The notes: generated by a model from the sequence alone, not told the origin. Positions 1-10,453 are shown, counted from the stretch's first letter. The stretch is 30,739 nt of DNA from Chthoniobacteraceae bacterium (GCA_031409335.1 JANNWY010000017.1:1-30739), one strand, 5' to 3'. A program made the numbers and translations.

Positions 1-1
1 G

Positions 2-91
2 TTGGTGGGTGGAGAGCGGCACGAGCGCGTTGCCGATTTCATGCGCGAGATGTTCGGCCATCGACTTGACGAGTCGCAGATTGGAAGCCTC
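2..91 (-). other. Inverted fragment of a histidine-kinase H-box (HisKA) homologous to the adjacent gene
   Basis: Reverse complement reads EASNLRLVKSMAEHLAHEIGNALVPLSTHQ, versus ETSNLRLVTSMAEHLAHEIGNSLVPISTHQ at 184-273 (+); runs off the window start. Confidence 0.85.
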
Positions 92-99
92 CGTTTCGA

Positions 100-870
100 A
101 TGCAAAAAGCGGCGGGCGCAAACGCCGCCCTGCTCGTCGTCGAAGACATCACCGAGCACGAGCGCGCTGCGCGTCTGGAAATCGAGACTTCAAACCTGCG
201 GCTCGTCACCTCCATGGCCGAGCACCTGGCACACGAGATCGGCAATTCGCTCGTGCCGATTTCGACGCACCAGCAGTTGCTGCAAGGCTCGATCAACGAT
301 CCCGACTTCCAGGAATCGCTCTCCGCAGCGCTGGCCGGCGGCGTGAAGCGCATTTCGCGGCTCGCGAATCAAATGGTCTTCCTCGCCCGCGAGTGGCAGG
401 GCGAATTCGGCGAATCAGTCATGCTCTCGGACCTCATCGTCGAAGCCTTCCATGAAGCACACAACTACCACCCTGGAAAAAAAGTCGCTCAGCTTGCCTT
501 CAACAAGAGTATCTCTCCGTGGAGAGTCTCCGGCGATCACAAGGCGCTTCGCCACGCGTTTTCCGAGATCATTCTCAATGCGCTGCAGGCCAATCCGGAC
601 GACCCGAATGTGTCGGTAAGCATCGAAACCGCCAAGCCCGGCGAATCGCCCGCGCTCAAAGTGGAAGTGCGCGACACCGGAAAGGGATTCACCCTTGAAA
701 CCGCGCAACGCGCTCAGGAGCCATTTTTTTCCACACGCAACGTCGGTCTTGGAATCGGCCTCACCGTCTCGCGCAAAATCATCGAGAGTCATCACGGCAG
801 CATTGATATTCCGCAATCTCAAACGGGAGAAACAGGAGTCGTCCGCGTGTCACTTCCCTTGCAAATCTAG
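100..870 (+). CDS. Sensor histidine kinase, C-terminal part (PAS end, HisKA, HATPase); 5' part missing
   Basis: VVEDIT PAS terminus; H-box LAHEIGN; N-box EIILNALQA; G1 VRDTGKG; F-box EPFFST; G2 GLGIGL. In-frame stop at 67-69, so the sensor region is absent. Confidence 0.9.
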   Translation: MQKAAGANAALLVVEDITEHERAARLEIETSNLRLVTSMAEHLAHEIGNSLVPISTHQQLLQGSINDPDFQESLSAALAGGVKRISRLANQMVFLAREWQGEFGESVMLSDLIVEAFHEAHNYHPGKKVAQLAFNKSISPWRVSGDHKALRHAFSEIILNALQANPDDPNVSVSIETAKPGESPALKVEVRDTGKGFTLETAQRAQEPFFSTRNVGLGIGLTVSRKIIESHHGSIDIPQSQTGETGVVRVSLPLQI

Positions 871-986
871 CTTTCCCTGACTTAGTCCGATCGCGGATGA
901 ATACAGGACCAGCTCTGGCTCCAACGACAATTTTGAAGACAAATCACCGCTATTTTTCGATGTCAATTTTGAGCATTTAAGGCCTC

Positions 987-1002
987 TGGTATCGCTTTTG
1001 CT
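987..1002 (+). promoter_or_regulatory. Putative sigma-54 (-24/-12) promoter of the FadL-like gene
   Basis: TGGTATCGCTTTTGCT has GG-N10-GC spacing and resembles TGGCAC-N5-TTGCW; lies about 40 nt before ATG 1042. Confidence 0.6.
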
Positions 1003-1041
1003 CTTCCCATCCCGCCCACCATTTGCAAGCTCCTGCCGCCC

Positions 1042-2274
1042 ATGAAATATCCCACCCACCTCACCGCCGCAGCCGCCGCGGTCCTAGCCTTCATCCCAAA
1101 TGACGGACTCGCCCTCGGCATCCGCATCACCGACCAGGATGCCTTTGCCACTGGTCGCGGCGACGCGTTTGCCGCGACCGCCGACCGCCCTTCCGCGATC
1201 TACTACAATCCTGCGGGGATCACGCAACTGGACGGATTTCAGGCGCAATACGGCATCTACGGCATCACCCTCGATGCCAGCGTCAACCCGGCCCTTCCGG
1301 GCGCGAAGGATTTGGATACCAAGTTCGAGTATCAAGCCGCGCCGCAGTTCTATCTCACTTACAAGTCCGCTTCCGCACCGATCGCGCTGGGACTCGGAGT
1401 ATATGCTCCATTCGGTTTCGGGCTGGAGTATCCCGATGACGCATCGTTTCGAACTCTGGCGAAAAAGGGCCGCATTCAATACCTGTCATTCAATCCGGTT
1501 CTCGCTTACGAAGTTTCAAAAACGCTGTCCATCGCAGTCGGCGGCTCCGTCAATCACGGTCGCATCAAGCTCGCTCAAGGCGTGGTGACCCAGGGTGATG
1601 AGTTCCTCTTCAAAGGAGACGGTGTCGGCTACGGCTTTAGTGCGGGCCTGCTCTGGAAGCCACATCGGATGCATTCGTTCGGCCTCACCTACCGCAGCGC
1701 CACGAGCATCGACTTCAGCGGCCACTCGCGGGTCCGCATTCAGAAGTTCACAGTTGCCACGCCGGGCGGTCCATTCCAGGTCCCGCGTTTCGACAGCGAG
1801 AGCGATGCGAATCTGGACTACAATTTTCCGCAAACCATCATTGCCGGGTACTCGTTCCGTCCCACTCCCGACTGGAATATCGAATTCAATATCGACTGGA
1901 CCGACTGGGACAGCCTCAACACTTTGACTCTGCGCCAATCCACCGGAAACGTTCCCCTGCCCTTCAATTGGGAATCCAGTTGCCTCTATGAGTTCGGCGT
2001 CACGCGGCAGCTTCCGCGCGGATTGAACGTTAGCGCCGGATACGTCTATAGCGAAAATTCCATCCCAAATGAAAGTTTCAACCCGCTGATCCCCGACACC
2101 AATCGCCACATCATCAGCGCAGGCATCGGACAGACGCTGGACAGATTCAACTGGCAACTTGCCTACCAATATACTTACGGACCCCACCGCAAAATCGACA
2201 ATGGAACCCTCGCCAACGGCGACTATAGCTTCAAAAGCACCGCGATTACGTTTGCGATTGGCTACCGCTTCTAG
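1042..2274 (+). CDS. OmpP1/FadL/TodX-family outer-membrane transporter
   Basis: Signal peptide; GRGDAFAATADRPSAIYYNPAG hatch motif; GLGVYAPFG; WTDWD; PLIPD; C-terminal YRF. Confidence 0.9.
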   Translation: MKYPTHLTAAAAAVLAFIPNDGLALGIRITDQDAFATGRGDAFAATADRPSAIYYNPAGITQLDGFQAQYGIYGITLDASVNPALPGAKDLDTKFEYQAAPQFYLTYKSASAPIALGLGVYAPFGFGLEYPDDASFRTLAKKGRIQYLSFNPVLAYEVSKTLSIAVGGSVNHGRIKLAQGVVTQGDEFLFKGDGVGYGFSAGLLWKPHRMHSFGLTYRSATSIDFSGHSRVRIQKFTVATPGGPFQVPRFDSESDANLDYNFPQTIIAGYSFRPTPDWNIEFNIDWTDWDSLNTLTLRQSTGNVPLPFNWESSCLYEFGVTRQLPRGLNVSAGYVYSENSIPNESFNPLIPDTNRHIISAGIGQTLDRFNWQLAYQYTYGPHRKIDNGTLANGDYSFKSTAITFAIGYRF

Positions 2275-2408
2275 GGTAAAATCCGAATCGAATCAGGCAA
2301 TGAGCCACTAGCCAAAATTCGACATTTTCTCATGGATCATCCCAACCAACCCGCCAATATCCCACAGCTTTCTCATCCTGTTGAACTGGCCGATCAGAAA
2401 TACTCCGT

Positions 2409-3650
2409 GTGACACTCGAACACCCTTTAGCCCCGGTCGCTCTCAAGCCCACTCTCCTCATCGTCGATGACGAAGAGGGACCGAGGCAGTCGCTTAAGAT
2501 CGTTTTCAAACACGATTACCAGGTCCGCGTAGCCTCCAGCGGCCTGGAGGCTCTGGAAATCGCCCGCGCCGAACCCATCGATGTCGCCGTGCTGGACATC
2601 ATGATGTATGGCATGAATGGCGTGGAGCTGCTCAAGGAACTTAAGGAAATTGATCCGAGCATCGAGGTCGTGATGCTCACCGCATTTGAGACGCTCGAAA
2701 CTGCGCGCCAGGCGCTGAGGCATGGTGCCAGCGACTACCTCAACAAACCCTTCGACATTCCAACGATGCGCACTGCCGTCGCCCGCGCCGCTTCCCGACG
2801 CCAGGCAACACTGGAAGTGCAATCGACCCAGGATCAGCTCCAGCACTTGCAAATCGAAATCCAGCATCAACGCGTGCAGGAAGAGATGGCGCGGACGAAA
2901 GGCGACATCTACGCGAGCGTTTTGCACGACATCAACAGTCCACTCACCGTCATCAGCGGCTTTGTGGAACTCATCAACCGCGCGATGCAGAACTCCGCGC
3001 GCGTTGAAGGCGAGCAACTCGAACACATCAAGACCGATCTCAAGAACCTTTCCGGGCAAGTCGGTCGTTGTTTCGAGATTTCGCGCCGTTACCTGGGTTT
3101 CCTCAATACGAATACTTCGGACAAAACTTATGTCGGAGTGCGGCAGATGCTGGCCGATCTAAAGGATCTTCTTGTCCGGCATCCCAGCGCTCACGGCAAC
3201 CAGCTCATCATTCACGATCTCAGTCCCGACGTGATCGCGGAAATCAACGGCACTGACCTGCTTCAGATCCTGCTAAACTTGACGATCAACGCGCTGCAAT
3301 CGATCGAGACTCCGCACCAGGTCGAGATCACCTGTCAGCCCATTCAAAATGCACTCGACCTCGCGCAATATGTGGATGGCCCCGGTCAACGCCTCATCAA
3401 TCGCGAAGGCTTTCTGAATCGCGCGCCGCTCCTCGCCGTCACCATCGCCGACAACGGTCCCGGGATCGCACCCGAGTTACTGGCTAAGATGTTCGTGGAA
3501 AAATTTACCACCAAGTCTTCCGACCGCGGCACCGGACTAGGTCTGTCGATCGTGCATCGCCTGGTCCGTCAGGCCAATTCGGCGATCCACCTGCGCACCG
3601 AAGTCGGCAAAGGATCATGGTTCACGATCCTGCTGCAAGTCCGCGACTAG
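2409..3650 (+). CDS. Cytoplasmic hybrid response regulator / histidine kinase (REC-HisKA-HATPase)
   Basis: LIVDDE, VLDIMM, LTAF, LNKPF receiver motifs; LHDINSPL H-box; NLTINALQ, DNGPG, FTTK, GTGLGL; no TM segment; GTG start. Confidence 0.9.
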   Translation: MTLEHPLAPVALKPTLLIVDDEEGPRQSLKIVFKHDYQVRVASSGLEALEIARAEPIDVAVLDIMMYGMNGVELLKELKEIDPSIEVVMLTAFETLETARQALRHGASDYLNKPFDIPTMRTAVARAASRRQATLEVQSTQDQLQHLQIEIQHQRVQEEMARTKGDIYASVLHDINSPLTVISGFVELINRAMQNSARVEGEQLEHIKTDLKNLSGQVGRCFEISRRYLGFLNTNTSDKTYVGVRQMLADLKDLLVRHPSAHGNQLIIHDLSPDVIAEINGTDLLQILLNLTINALQSIETPHQVEITCQPIQNALDLAQYVDGPGQRLINREGFLNRAPLLAVTIADNGPGIAPELLAKMFVEKFTTKSSDRGTGLGLSIVHRLVRQANSAIHLRTEVGKGSWFTILLQVRD

Positions 3651-3876
3651 TCGTCGCCGACAATCGATCCCGGTTTCCGGGGCGCTGAAGCTCGCTCAGC
3701 AAAACCGCGTTCACGAACCCGGCTTCTGCCGCCGTCATCGAATAGAAACCCTGACACGCAGCTCTCGGCACTCCGATCCCGATTCATGACAATTGACGGC
3801 ATCGCATCCGCGTACCTATACCCTCTGCCATGTGCTTGGTTTCGACGTGGAAGAACGGCGCGCTCACTGGTGCCCA

Positions 3877-5019
3877 ATGAATATTACGATCGCCCAAGGC
3901 GCATTCCTCCCCGTGCCTCCGAACCGCGGCGGTGCGGTGGAAAAGGTTTGGAGCGCGCTCGGTCGCGAGTTTGCCCGCCTTGGCCATCGCGTCACGCATG
4001 TCAGCCGGCTGTGCGATCGACTTCCTGCGGAGAATATCGCGGAAGGCGTGCGGCATGTCCGCGTGCGTGGCTACGACGCGCCGGCCACCCTTCGCGGGCG
4101 CCTGCCACTCGATCTCCTTTACGCGATTCGAGCCGCCCGCGTATTGCCGCAGGCTGATCTCGTCGTCACCCACACCTTCTGGCTCCCGGTGCTCCTTCGC
4201 CACCCATCGCAGCACGGCGTCGTTTACGTGCATGTCGGCCGCTACCCGCGCTGGCAGATGAAGCTCTACCGCCATGCAGCCCGGCTTCAGACCGTCACCC
4301 AAGTTATCGGCGAGGCTATCCGCGCGATCGTCCCGGAATGCGCAAACAAAGTAATCGTGATTCCTTATCCGCTGCCGCCCGGCATGATGATCGAAAACGA
4401 AGCCGAGTTGGCATCGCGCTTCGCCGCACGCCGCAAGGTCGTGGTTTTTGCCGGTCGCATTCATCCGCAAAAAGGAACGCGCTTGTTGATCGAGGCATTC
4501 GATCAGTTTGCAAGGTCTCATCCGGGCTGGATTCTTCGCCTCGTCGGAGCGCACACGGCGGCGCTCGGTGGCGGTGGCGATGCTTACCTTCGCGAGATGC
4601 GCGATTGCGCCACCTCACTTGGCAGTCAGGTGGAGTGGGCCGGTTTTGCCGATACGACAGAAGGCTTGCGCGAACAACTGCGCGAGGCGTCCATTTTTGC
4701 CTATCCCAGCGTTGATGATTTCGGCGAAACCTTCGGCGTTGGTCCCCTCGAAGCGATGGGCAACGGCTGTCCCGTCGTTGTTTCCGATCTCGGTTGCTTT
4801 CGCGACTTCGTCCACGATGGCGAGACCGGCCTCGTTTTCGATCACCGCGCAGCGGATGCTCCGGCGCGCCTCGCCGGGCAATTCAGCCGCATCGCGGATA
4901 GCCACGATCTCGCCCAGCGCCTCGCCCTCAATGGGTGGAAAGTAGCAGCCGATTACCGACTCGAACGCGTGGCCAAATTGTACCTCGACGACTTCGCTGC
5001 CACAATTCAATCGCGCTGA
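3877..5019 (+). CDS. Glycosyltransferase family 4 (GT-B)
   Basis: PVPPNRGGAVEK; FAGRIHPQKG; ETFGVGPLEAMGNGCPVVVSD (EX7E); start refined to ATG 3877 (MNITIAQG). Confidence 0.92.
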   Translation: MNITIAQGAFLPVPPNRGGAVEKVWSALGREFARLGHRVTHVSRLCDRLPAENIAEGVRHVRVRGYDAPATLRGRLPLDLLYAIRAARVLPQADLVVTHTFWLPVLLRHPSQHGVVYVHVGRYPRWQMKLYRHAARLQTVTQVIGEAIRAIVPECANKVIVIPYPLPPGMMIENEAELASRFAARRKVVVFAGRIHPQKGTRLLIEAFDQFARSHPGWILRLVGAHTAALGGGGDAYLREMRDCATSLGSQVEWAGFADTTEGLREQLREASIFAYPSVDDFGETFGVGPLEAMGNGCPVVVSDLGCFRDFVHDGETGLVFDHRAADAPARLAGQFSRIADSHDLAQRLALNGWKVAADYRLERVAKLYLDDFAATIQSR

Positions 5020-5023
5020 CGGC

Positions 5024-5659
5024 ATGGATCTCACGAACTATCAGCGCGTCCGCAAGCTCATCAGCGCGCACATTTCCCAACCTCGCTGGATCCTCCCATG
5101 GGTGCGGGACAATGTCCTTGCGCGCCGCTCTCCGATTGAGATGGGTCGCCCGTGGTTTAGCTACACCGCCACCCAATGGCTCGCATCCAATCTCCGTTCG
5201 ACGATGCGCGTCTTTGAGTATGGGAGCGGCGGCTCTACGCTGTTCTTCTCCGCCCGCGTCGCGTCTGTCGTATCGGTGGAAGACGACGCGAAATGGCATG
5301 GCATGGTCAGCGCGCGAATTGCGGAACTGGGTCGCAAGAATGTTGAGTTACGTCACCGCGCCTTCGACTTCCATCACCCTCAGGACTTTGCGACATCCGA
5401 ATACGTTGGCGCAATTAGGGACGGCGCACCATGGGATCTCGTGGTGGTGGACGGTCAGGATTGGACGTTTCACGAACGGCCTGTCTGCTTCGCCGCCGCG
5501 GAGGAGTGGATCGCCCCGGGTGGCATGATTCTAGTCGATGACTCGTGGCGCTACCGGCAATTGCGCGACTCACCGCGCCCTCGTGAATTCAGAATCTTTG
5601 AAAGCGTTGGACCAGGACGCATTGGTGTTACGAGTACCGACGTTTACTTCTATCCGTGA
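5024..5659 (+). CDS. Class I SAM-dependent methyltransferase, probably glycan-modifying
   Basis: VFEYGSGGST motif I; VSVEDD; DLVVVDG; PGGMILVDDS; 4 nt after the GT4 stop. Confidence 0.8.
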   Translation: MDLTNYQRVRKLISAHISQPRWILPWVRDNVLARRSPIEMGRPWFSYTATQWLASNLRSTMRVFEYGSGGSTLFFSARVASVVSVEDDAKWHGMVSARIAELGRKNVELRHRAFDFHHPQDFATSEYVGAIRDGAPWDLVVVDGQDWTFHERPVCFAAAEEWIAPGGMILVDDSWRYRQLRDSPRPREFRIFESVGPGRIGVTSTDVYFYP

Positions 5660-5680
5660 GTCTCGCGGAAGCCGCGCCGA

Positions 5681-6487
5681 CTACATTCGCGAAAGAAAAA
5701 ATCCGCGCTGTTTTTCCGAGATCGGTTTTCCGAGGCGTTCGAGGACTAGCAGCATGTCCTCCCACACTTTGCGTTTCTCGGTCAGCGATTGGTTTCGCAG
5801 CAGATAGGCCGGGTGATACGTGGCCATCAGCGGGATGCCGGCGAACTCATGCCAGCGTCCGCGCAGCTTACCCATCGGCGAAGCATCGCCCGTGAGCCCG
5901 AGCATCGCAGTCGCGCCGAGCGCCACGAGCGCGCGCGGACGGATGATTTCGATTTGCTTCCGCAAATACGGGAGGCACGTCTGCATTTCATCAGGCCGCG
6001 GTTTGCGATTGCCGGAATCGCCCGACGGCATGTCCGGGCGGCACTTGAGGACGTTGGCGATGTAGATGTCCTCGCGGCGAAAATTCATCGCGACGATGAT
6101 CTTCGTCAGCAACTCGCCAGCCTTGCCAACGAAAGGCTCGCCTTTGATGTCCTCATCCTCCCCGGGCGCTTCGCCGACAAACATCAATTCCGCATCCGGA
6201 TTCCCCACGCCGAAGACGACCTGCGTCCGCGACTTCACCAGATGCGGGCATTTCGCGCAGGCGAGAATCGGCCCGCGAATTTCCGCGAGGCGCCCGGCAT
6301 TGCCGCTGCCATCGGCATTCGCAACCGATGGCGGTGCGGACGCGGCGGGCGTTGCCCGTTCCGCTGTGGACGGCGTGCTCACCAGTCTTTCGAGCGATAC
6401 TGCGTTCGCGCGTAGATCCACGCCGTTTTCATGCAATCCCCGAAGCGCGTCGTGGACGATTTCGACCGCTTTCTGAAAATCGCTCAT
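5681..6487 (-). CDS. Uracil-DNA glycosylase family 4 (4Fe-4S)
   Basis: CAKCPHL; FVGEAPG; GEPFVGKAG; NVLKCRP; TYHPAYLLR; start refined to ATG 6487. Confidence 0.95.
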   Translation of the reverse strand: MSDFQKAVEIVHDALRGLHENGVDLRANAVSLERLVSTPSTAERATPAASAPPSVANADGSGNAGRLAEIRGPILACAKCPHLVKSRTQVVFGVGNPDAELMFVGEAPGEDEDIKGEPFVGKAGELLTKIIVAMNFRREDIYIANVLKCRPDMPSGDSGNRKPRPDEMQTCLPYLRKQIEIIRPRALVALGATAMLGLTGDASPMGKLRGRWHEFAGIPLMATYHPAYLLRNQSLTEKRKVWEDMLLVLERLGKPISEKQRGFFLSRM

Positions 6488-6500
6488 GGGTGGTTTCGGA

Positions 6501-8741
6501 TTAAGACTCCATCGCTCGCGCAATCGAGCCGAACCAACTTTCGCGCAGCTCGCCCGGCGACCACGCGAACTCGGTCGCGCCGACCGTTATTTTCAAATCT
6601 CCGCCGCCAACAATTCCCACACGACTCGCAGTGATCGCGTGCGACTTCAGCAAATCCAGCGCGGCGCTCGCATTCACTTCGGTTGTCGTGATGACGATGC
6701 GGCCTTGGGCTTCGTTGAAAAGGACGATGTCGGCGCGTCCGGCGGGAAGCGTGACGCTCGCGCCGATCGGTTCTTCGCGGTTGCTCAGGCAGCTTTCCGC
6801 GAGCGCGACGGCGAGGCCGCCTTCGCTGCAATCGTGTGCGCTTTTCACGAGGCCGGCGGCGATGAGCGCGCGGAGGGCGTCGTGGGTCGCGCGTTCTTTT
6901 GTAAAGTCGATCGTCGGGACGCTGCCCGCTTTTTTTCCGTGCAGCACTTTCGCGAAATGCGAGCCGCCGAGGCCGGAGTCGGCGTTTGAATCGACGAGGT
7001 CGCCGAGCAAAATAATCGCGTCGCCCGCGTCTTTGAAGTGCGAGGTGGTGATGTGTTTTTCATCCGCGATGAGGCCGACCATGCCGATCGTTGGCGTCGG
7101 GTCGATCGCGCCGGCGGGGCTTTGATTGTAGAGCGAGACGTTGCCGCCGGTGACGGGCGTGTTGAATGCTTGGCAACCTTCGGCAAGGCCTTCGACACAT
7201 TCGACGAGCTGCCAGAAATTTTCCGGATTGTGCGGATTGCCGAAGTTCAAATTGTCGGTGACGGCGAGTGGGATCGCGCCGCTGCACGCGAGATTTCGCG
7301 CGGCTTCGGCGATGGCGATGCGCGCGCCGTTACGTGGATCGAGCGAGCAGTAGGTCGCGTTGCAGTCGCTGGTCGCGGCGACGAATTTGTTCGCCTCGCG
7401 GATAAGGAAAACGGCGGCATCCGAGCCGGGGAGAACGACGGTGCCGACGCGGACCATGTGATCGTACTGGCGATAGACCCAATTCTTCGAGGCGATCGTC
7501 GGATGCGCGAGCAGTGCGAGCAGCGCGGCGCGGTTATCGACCTCGGGCAGAGTGGAAATATCGAGCGGCGTCGGCGCGGGGCGGGCTTTCGTTTCGCGGG
7601 AATACAGCGGCGCGTCGTCGGCGAGTTTGCTCGCGGGAATTTCGGCGACGATTTTGCCATGATCCAAAACGCGCATCATGCCGTCGTCTTTCACCACGCC
7701 GACTTCCGCATACGGCAGATCCCACTTCTCGAAAATATCCACGACCGTCTGCTCGTGACCCTTCTTCACGATGATGAGCATCCGCTCCTGCGACTCGCTG
7801 AGCATGATCTCGTATGGCGTCATGTCCGCCGCGCGCTTCGGCACTTTCGCGAGGTCGATTTCGACACCGGTGCCGCCGCGGCTCGCGGTCTCGCAAGTCG
7901 AGCACGTCAGCCCGGCCGCGCCCATATCCTGAATGCCCGCGACCGCGTCGGTCGTCAGCAATTCGAGGCACGCTTCGAGCAGCAGCTTTTCGCGAAACGG
8001 ATCGCCCACCTGCACGGCGGGCCGGTCTTCCTTCGATTCCTCCGTGAGATCGCGCGAGGCAAACGCCGCGCCCGCGAGCCCGTCGCGACCCGTTTCCGCG
8101 CCGCCGTAAATCACCGGATTGCCGATCCCCTCGGCGGCGCCGCGCGCGATCTGCTCGTGCCGCAGCACGCCGAGGCAGAAGACGTTCACGAGCGGATTGC
8201 CGCTGTAACTTTCATCGAAATAAACCTCGCCGCCGATGGTCGGAATACCGATGCAATTGCCGTAATGCGCGATGCCGGAAACGACACCCGCAAACAGCCG
8301 GCGGTTCGTTTTCACCGCCGCGCCATCGCCAGTGATCGGTCCGAAGCGCAGCGAGTTCAGCGAGAAAACCGGACGCGCGCCCATCGTGAAGATATCGCGG
8401 ATGATTCCACCCACTCCCGTCGCCGCGCCTTGGAACGGCTCCACAGCGCTCGGGTGATTGTGCGATTCCATCTTGAATGCGACCGCCCAGCCATCGCCGA
8501 TGTCGATCACGCCCGCATTTTCCTCGCCCGCTTTCACGAGCACCGTCGGGCCGGTCGTGGGGAATTTTTTGAGCTGCAGTTTTGTGTTTTTGTACGAGCA
8601 GTGCTCGCTCCACATCACCGAAAAAATCCCGAGTTCCGTGAAGTTTGGCGCGCGTCCGAGGATCGCCTCGATGCGCTGATATTCATCCGGCGTGAGGCCG
8701 TGTTTGGCGATGAGTTCGGGTGTGATCGCGGGCTCGGTCAT
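6501..8741 (-). CDS. purL: Phosphoribosylformylglycinamidine synthase subunit PurL (small type)
   Basis: [61 protein letters not shown]; start ATG 8741. Confidence 0.98.
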   Translation of the reverse strand: MTEPAITPELIAKHGLTPDEYQRIEAILGRAPNFTELGIFSVMWSEHCSYKNTKLQLKKFPTTGPTVLVKAGEENAGVIDIGDGWAVAFKMESHNHPSAVEPFQGAATGVGGIIRDIFTMGARPVFSLNSLRFGPITGDGAAVKTNRRLFAGVVSGIAHYGNCIGIPTIGGEVYFDESYSGNPLVNVFCLGVLRHEQIARGAAEGIGNPVIYGGAETGRDGLAGAAFASRDLTEESKEDRPAVQVGDPFREKLLLEACLELLTTDAVAGIQDMGAAGLTCSTCETASRGGTGVEIDLAKVPKRAADMTPYEIMLSESQERMLIIVKKGHEQTVVDIFEKWDLPYAEVGVVKDDGMMRVLDHGKIVAEIPASKLADDAPLYSRETKARPAPTPLDISTLPEVDNRAALLALLAHPTIASKNWVYRQYDHMVRVGTVVLPGSDAAVFLIREANKFVAATSDCNATYCSLDPRNGARIAIAEAARNLACSGAIPLAVTDNLNFGNPHNPENFWQLVECVEGLAEGCQAFNTPVTGGNVSLYNQSPAGAIDPTPTIGMVGLIADEKHITTSHFKDAGDAIILLGDLVDSNADSGLGGSHFAKVLHGKKAGSVPTIDFTKERATHDALRALIAAGLVKSAHDCSEGGLAVALAESCLSNREEPIGASVTLPAGRADIVLFNEAQGRIVITTTEVNASAALDLLKSHAITASRVGIVGGGDLKITVGATEFAWSPGELRESWFGSIARAMES

Positions 8742-8810
8742 GTGTTGAAAAACGAGCGCCGAGCATCGCGAATTCGGCGCGAGCGACAAGGAAATCGTGC
8801 GCGCCGGGCG

Positions 8811-10106
8811 CTACTGGTCGAGCGTCAGTGCGAGACTGCTCGCTGCCGCACCGTCGAGCACGGTCGCCCCGAGTCCGGGGCCGCCGCCATTCATGTCCAG
8901 AACAAGGACCAGCGGCTCCGCATTTGGACGCGCGAGCCGGATCGTCGCGCGGCCATCGAGCCGGAATTGCCCGGAAACCGCGTACGCCTTTCCAGCGTAA
9001 AGTAAGCGTCCGGTCACCTTGCCAAACGCATTGAGCTGAATCCGCAGCAAGCGTCGTCCGCCCGGACCATCGACCACGCCGAGGTATGCGCCGCGTCGCG
9101 CGATGAACGGATTTTGGACGAATGTCGCTGTCGCACTCAGGCCCTCGCGCATCGCCACACGCACCGTCGGCTGCGTGCCGCTCCACGAGCCCGACCATTC
9201 CGAAAAAAGCCAGCCCGCGGCAGGAGTGGCGGTGATCGTGTAAGTCGCGCCGAGACGCCGCTGAGTCGTGCCAGAAAATGCACCCACGCTCCCCTGCCCC
9301 GCGACTCCGATCGTGAGCGGGCGGACGACGAGATATTGAAAAGTCCGCGCCGCTTGCGCAAGCACGCCGCCGCCTGCATCCACTCCGCGCACGCGCACGG
9401 TATTGGCACCGGGCGCGAGGTTTCGCAGCGAAGTGCTCCAGCGTGCCGTCCCCGCGACCGGCGTCCACGCGGATGTTCCGCCCGCGTTTTCCACCGAAAT
9501 CTGGACTGCCGCCGCGCCATCCGCAGTCCCGTAAACCACCACCGCCCCCTCCGGCACGAACGCGCCTTCCGTCGGCGACGCGATATTCACTGTGGCCGTC
9601 TGCGGCATCGGCGGCGCGGTTAGGACGACCCAGTAATGGCGATACGGCGTGCCCGCTTCCTCGTAATAGCCGACACCGTATGACGTCTGCTCCGCGAAAA
9701 AATCTTCCCCACCGAGCAGATGCGTTTTGTGATCCGGCGAACCCATCCAATCGCTCCAAGTCACGCCCGCAGTCGTTCCTCCGGCGGCGATGGATTCGAG
9801 ATTATTCCCATCGCTCGGATACCAATCCGGCAACACGTAACCGGCCTGGCGGACGAGATAGTTCACGCCATGCCCGTCCGGATTCGTGTGGGAAAAATAG
9901 CGCCGCTGCGCCATATCCATCGCCCGTTCGCGAGCGACCTGCGCGAGGATCGGATCGAACTGCAACGCTGCCCGACGCTGGCCCGAAGCGCTTGCCATCC
10001 GGTTCGCGATGTCGAGTTCCTGCGCATTTGGCGTCCACGCGCCCGCCGTCGCGGCGAAGACTAAAACGAGAATCGCAAACACCGCAGTTTTACAAAACGA
10101 AGTCAT
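8811..10106 (-). CDS. Secreted CAP/SCP-domain protein with Ig-like, InlB-B-like repeat and beta-rich C-terminal domain
   Basis: Signal peptide; DMAQRRYFSHTNPDG, ESIAAG, WMGSPDHKTHLL (CAP); GANTVRVRGVD (Ig-like); ITATPAAGWLFSEWSG...TATF (B-repeat-like). Confidence 0.82.
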   Translation of the reverse strand: MTSFCKTAVFAILVLVFAATAGAWTPNAQELDIANRMASASGQRRAALQFDPILAQVARERAMDMAQRRYFSHTNPDGHGVNYLVRQAGYVLPDWYPSDGNNLESIAAGGTTAGVTWSDWMGSPDHKTHLLGGEDFFAEQTSYGVGYYEEAGTPYRHYWVVLTAPPMPQTATVNIASPTEGAFVPEGAVVVYGTADGAAAVQISVENAGGTSAWTPVAGTARWSTSLRNLAPGANTVRVRGVDAGGGVLAQAARTFQYLVVRPLTIGVAGQGSVGAFSGTTQRRLGATYTITATPAAGWLFSEWSGSWSGTQPTVRVAMREGLSATATFVQNPFIARRGAYLGVVDGPGGRRLLRIQLNAFGKVTGRLLYAGKAYAVSGQFRLDGRATIRLARPNAEPLVLVLDMNGGGPGLGATVLDGAAASSLALTLDQ

Positions 10107-10228
10107 TTTTACAGGCGACTATTTTTGAAGGCGTGCGGATTACAGAATGCGCGGGTGAAATACGAACGCATTTTTTCGAGCGAGCGGCATTCGCTGCAGT
10201 GGCGGACGCGCTTTCGCCGGGGCAATTT

Positions 10229-10441
10229 CTAGGCTGCCAGCTCACGGGGCCGCAAGATCGCGCTCTCGACTTGCTGACCGGACCAGATGCAGACGATGTT
10301 GGAGACATCGGGCCGGTCATTGCGCCAGACGTAGTGAAATGCCCCGTCGTCCTGATAGCCCTCGGGGGCGTCACGGAGTTCGACGAACATCACGGCAGAA
10401 CCAGCGAAGAGCACGGCGAGCAGACCTATTGATAGGATCAT
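10229..10441 (-). CDS. Small single-pass membrane protein (70 aa)
   Basis: Hydrophobic N-terminal helix then APEGYQDDGAFHY; fills an intergenic gap; sigma-54-like motif directly upstream. Confidence 0.65.
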   Translation of the reverse strand: MILSIGLLAVLFAGSAVMFVELRDAPEGYQDDGAFHYVWRNDRPDVSNIVCIWSGQQVESAILRPRELAA

Positions 10442-10453
10442 GCCCTGAAAAGT

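Noticed and set aside
3651..3876. Riboswitch or ncRNA in the spacer with small hairpins
   Set aside because: Only short stems and no family motif recognised; an Rfam scan would be needed
7038..9005. 655-aa plus-strand ORF
   Set aside because: Antisense shadow of purL in GC-rich DNA; no motifs
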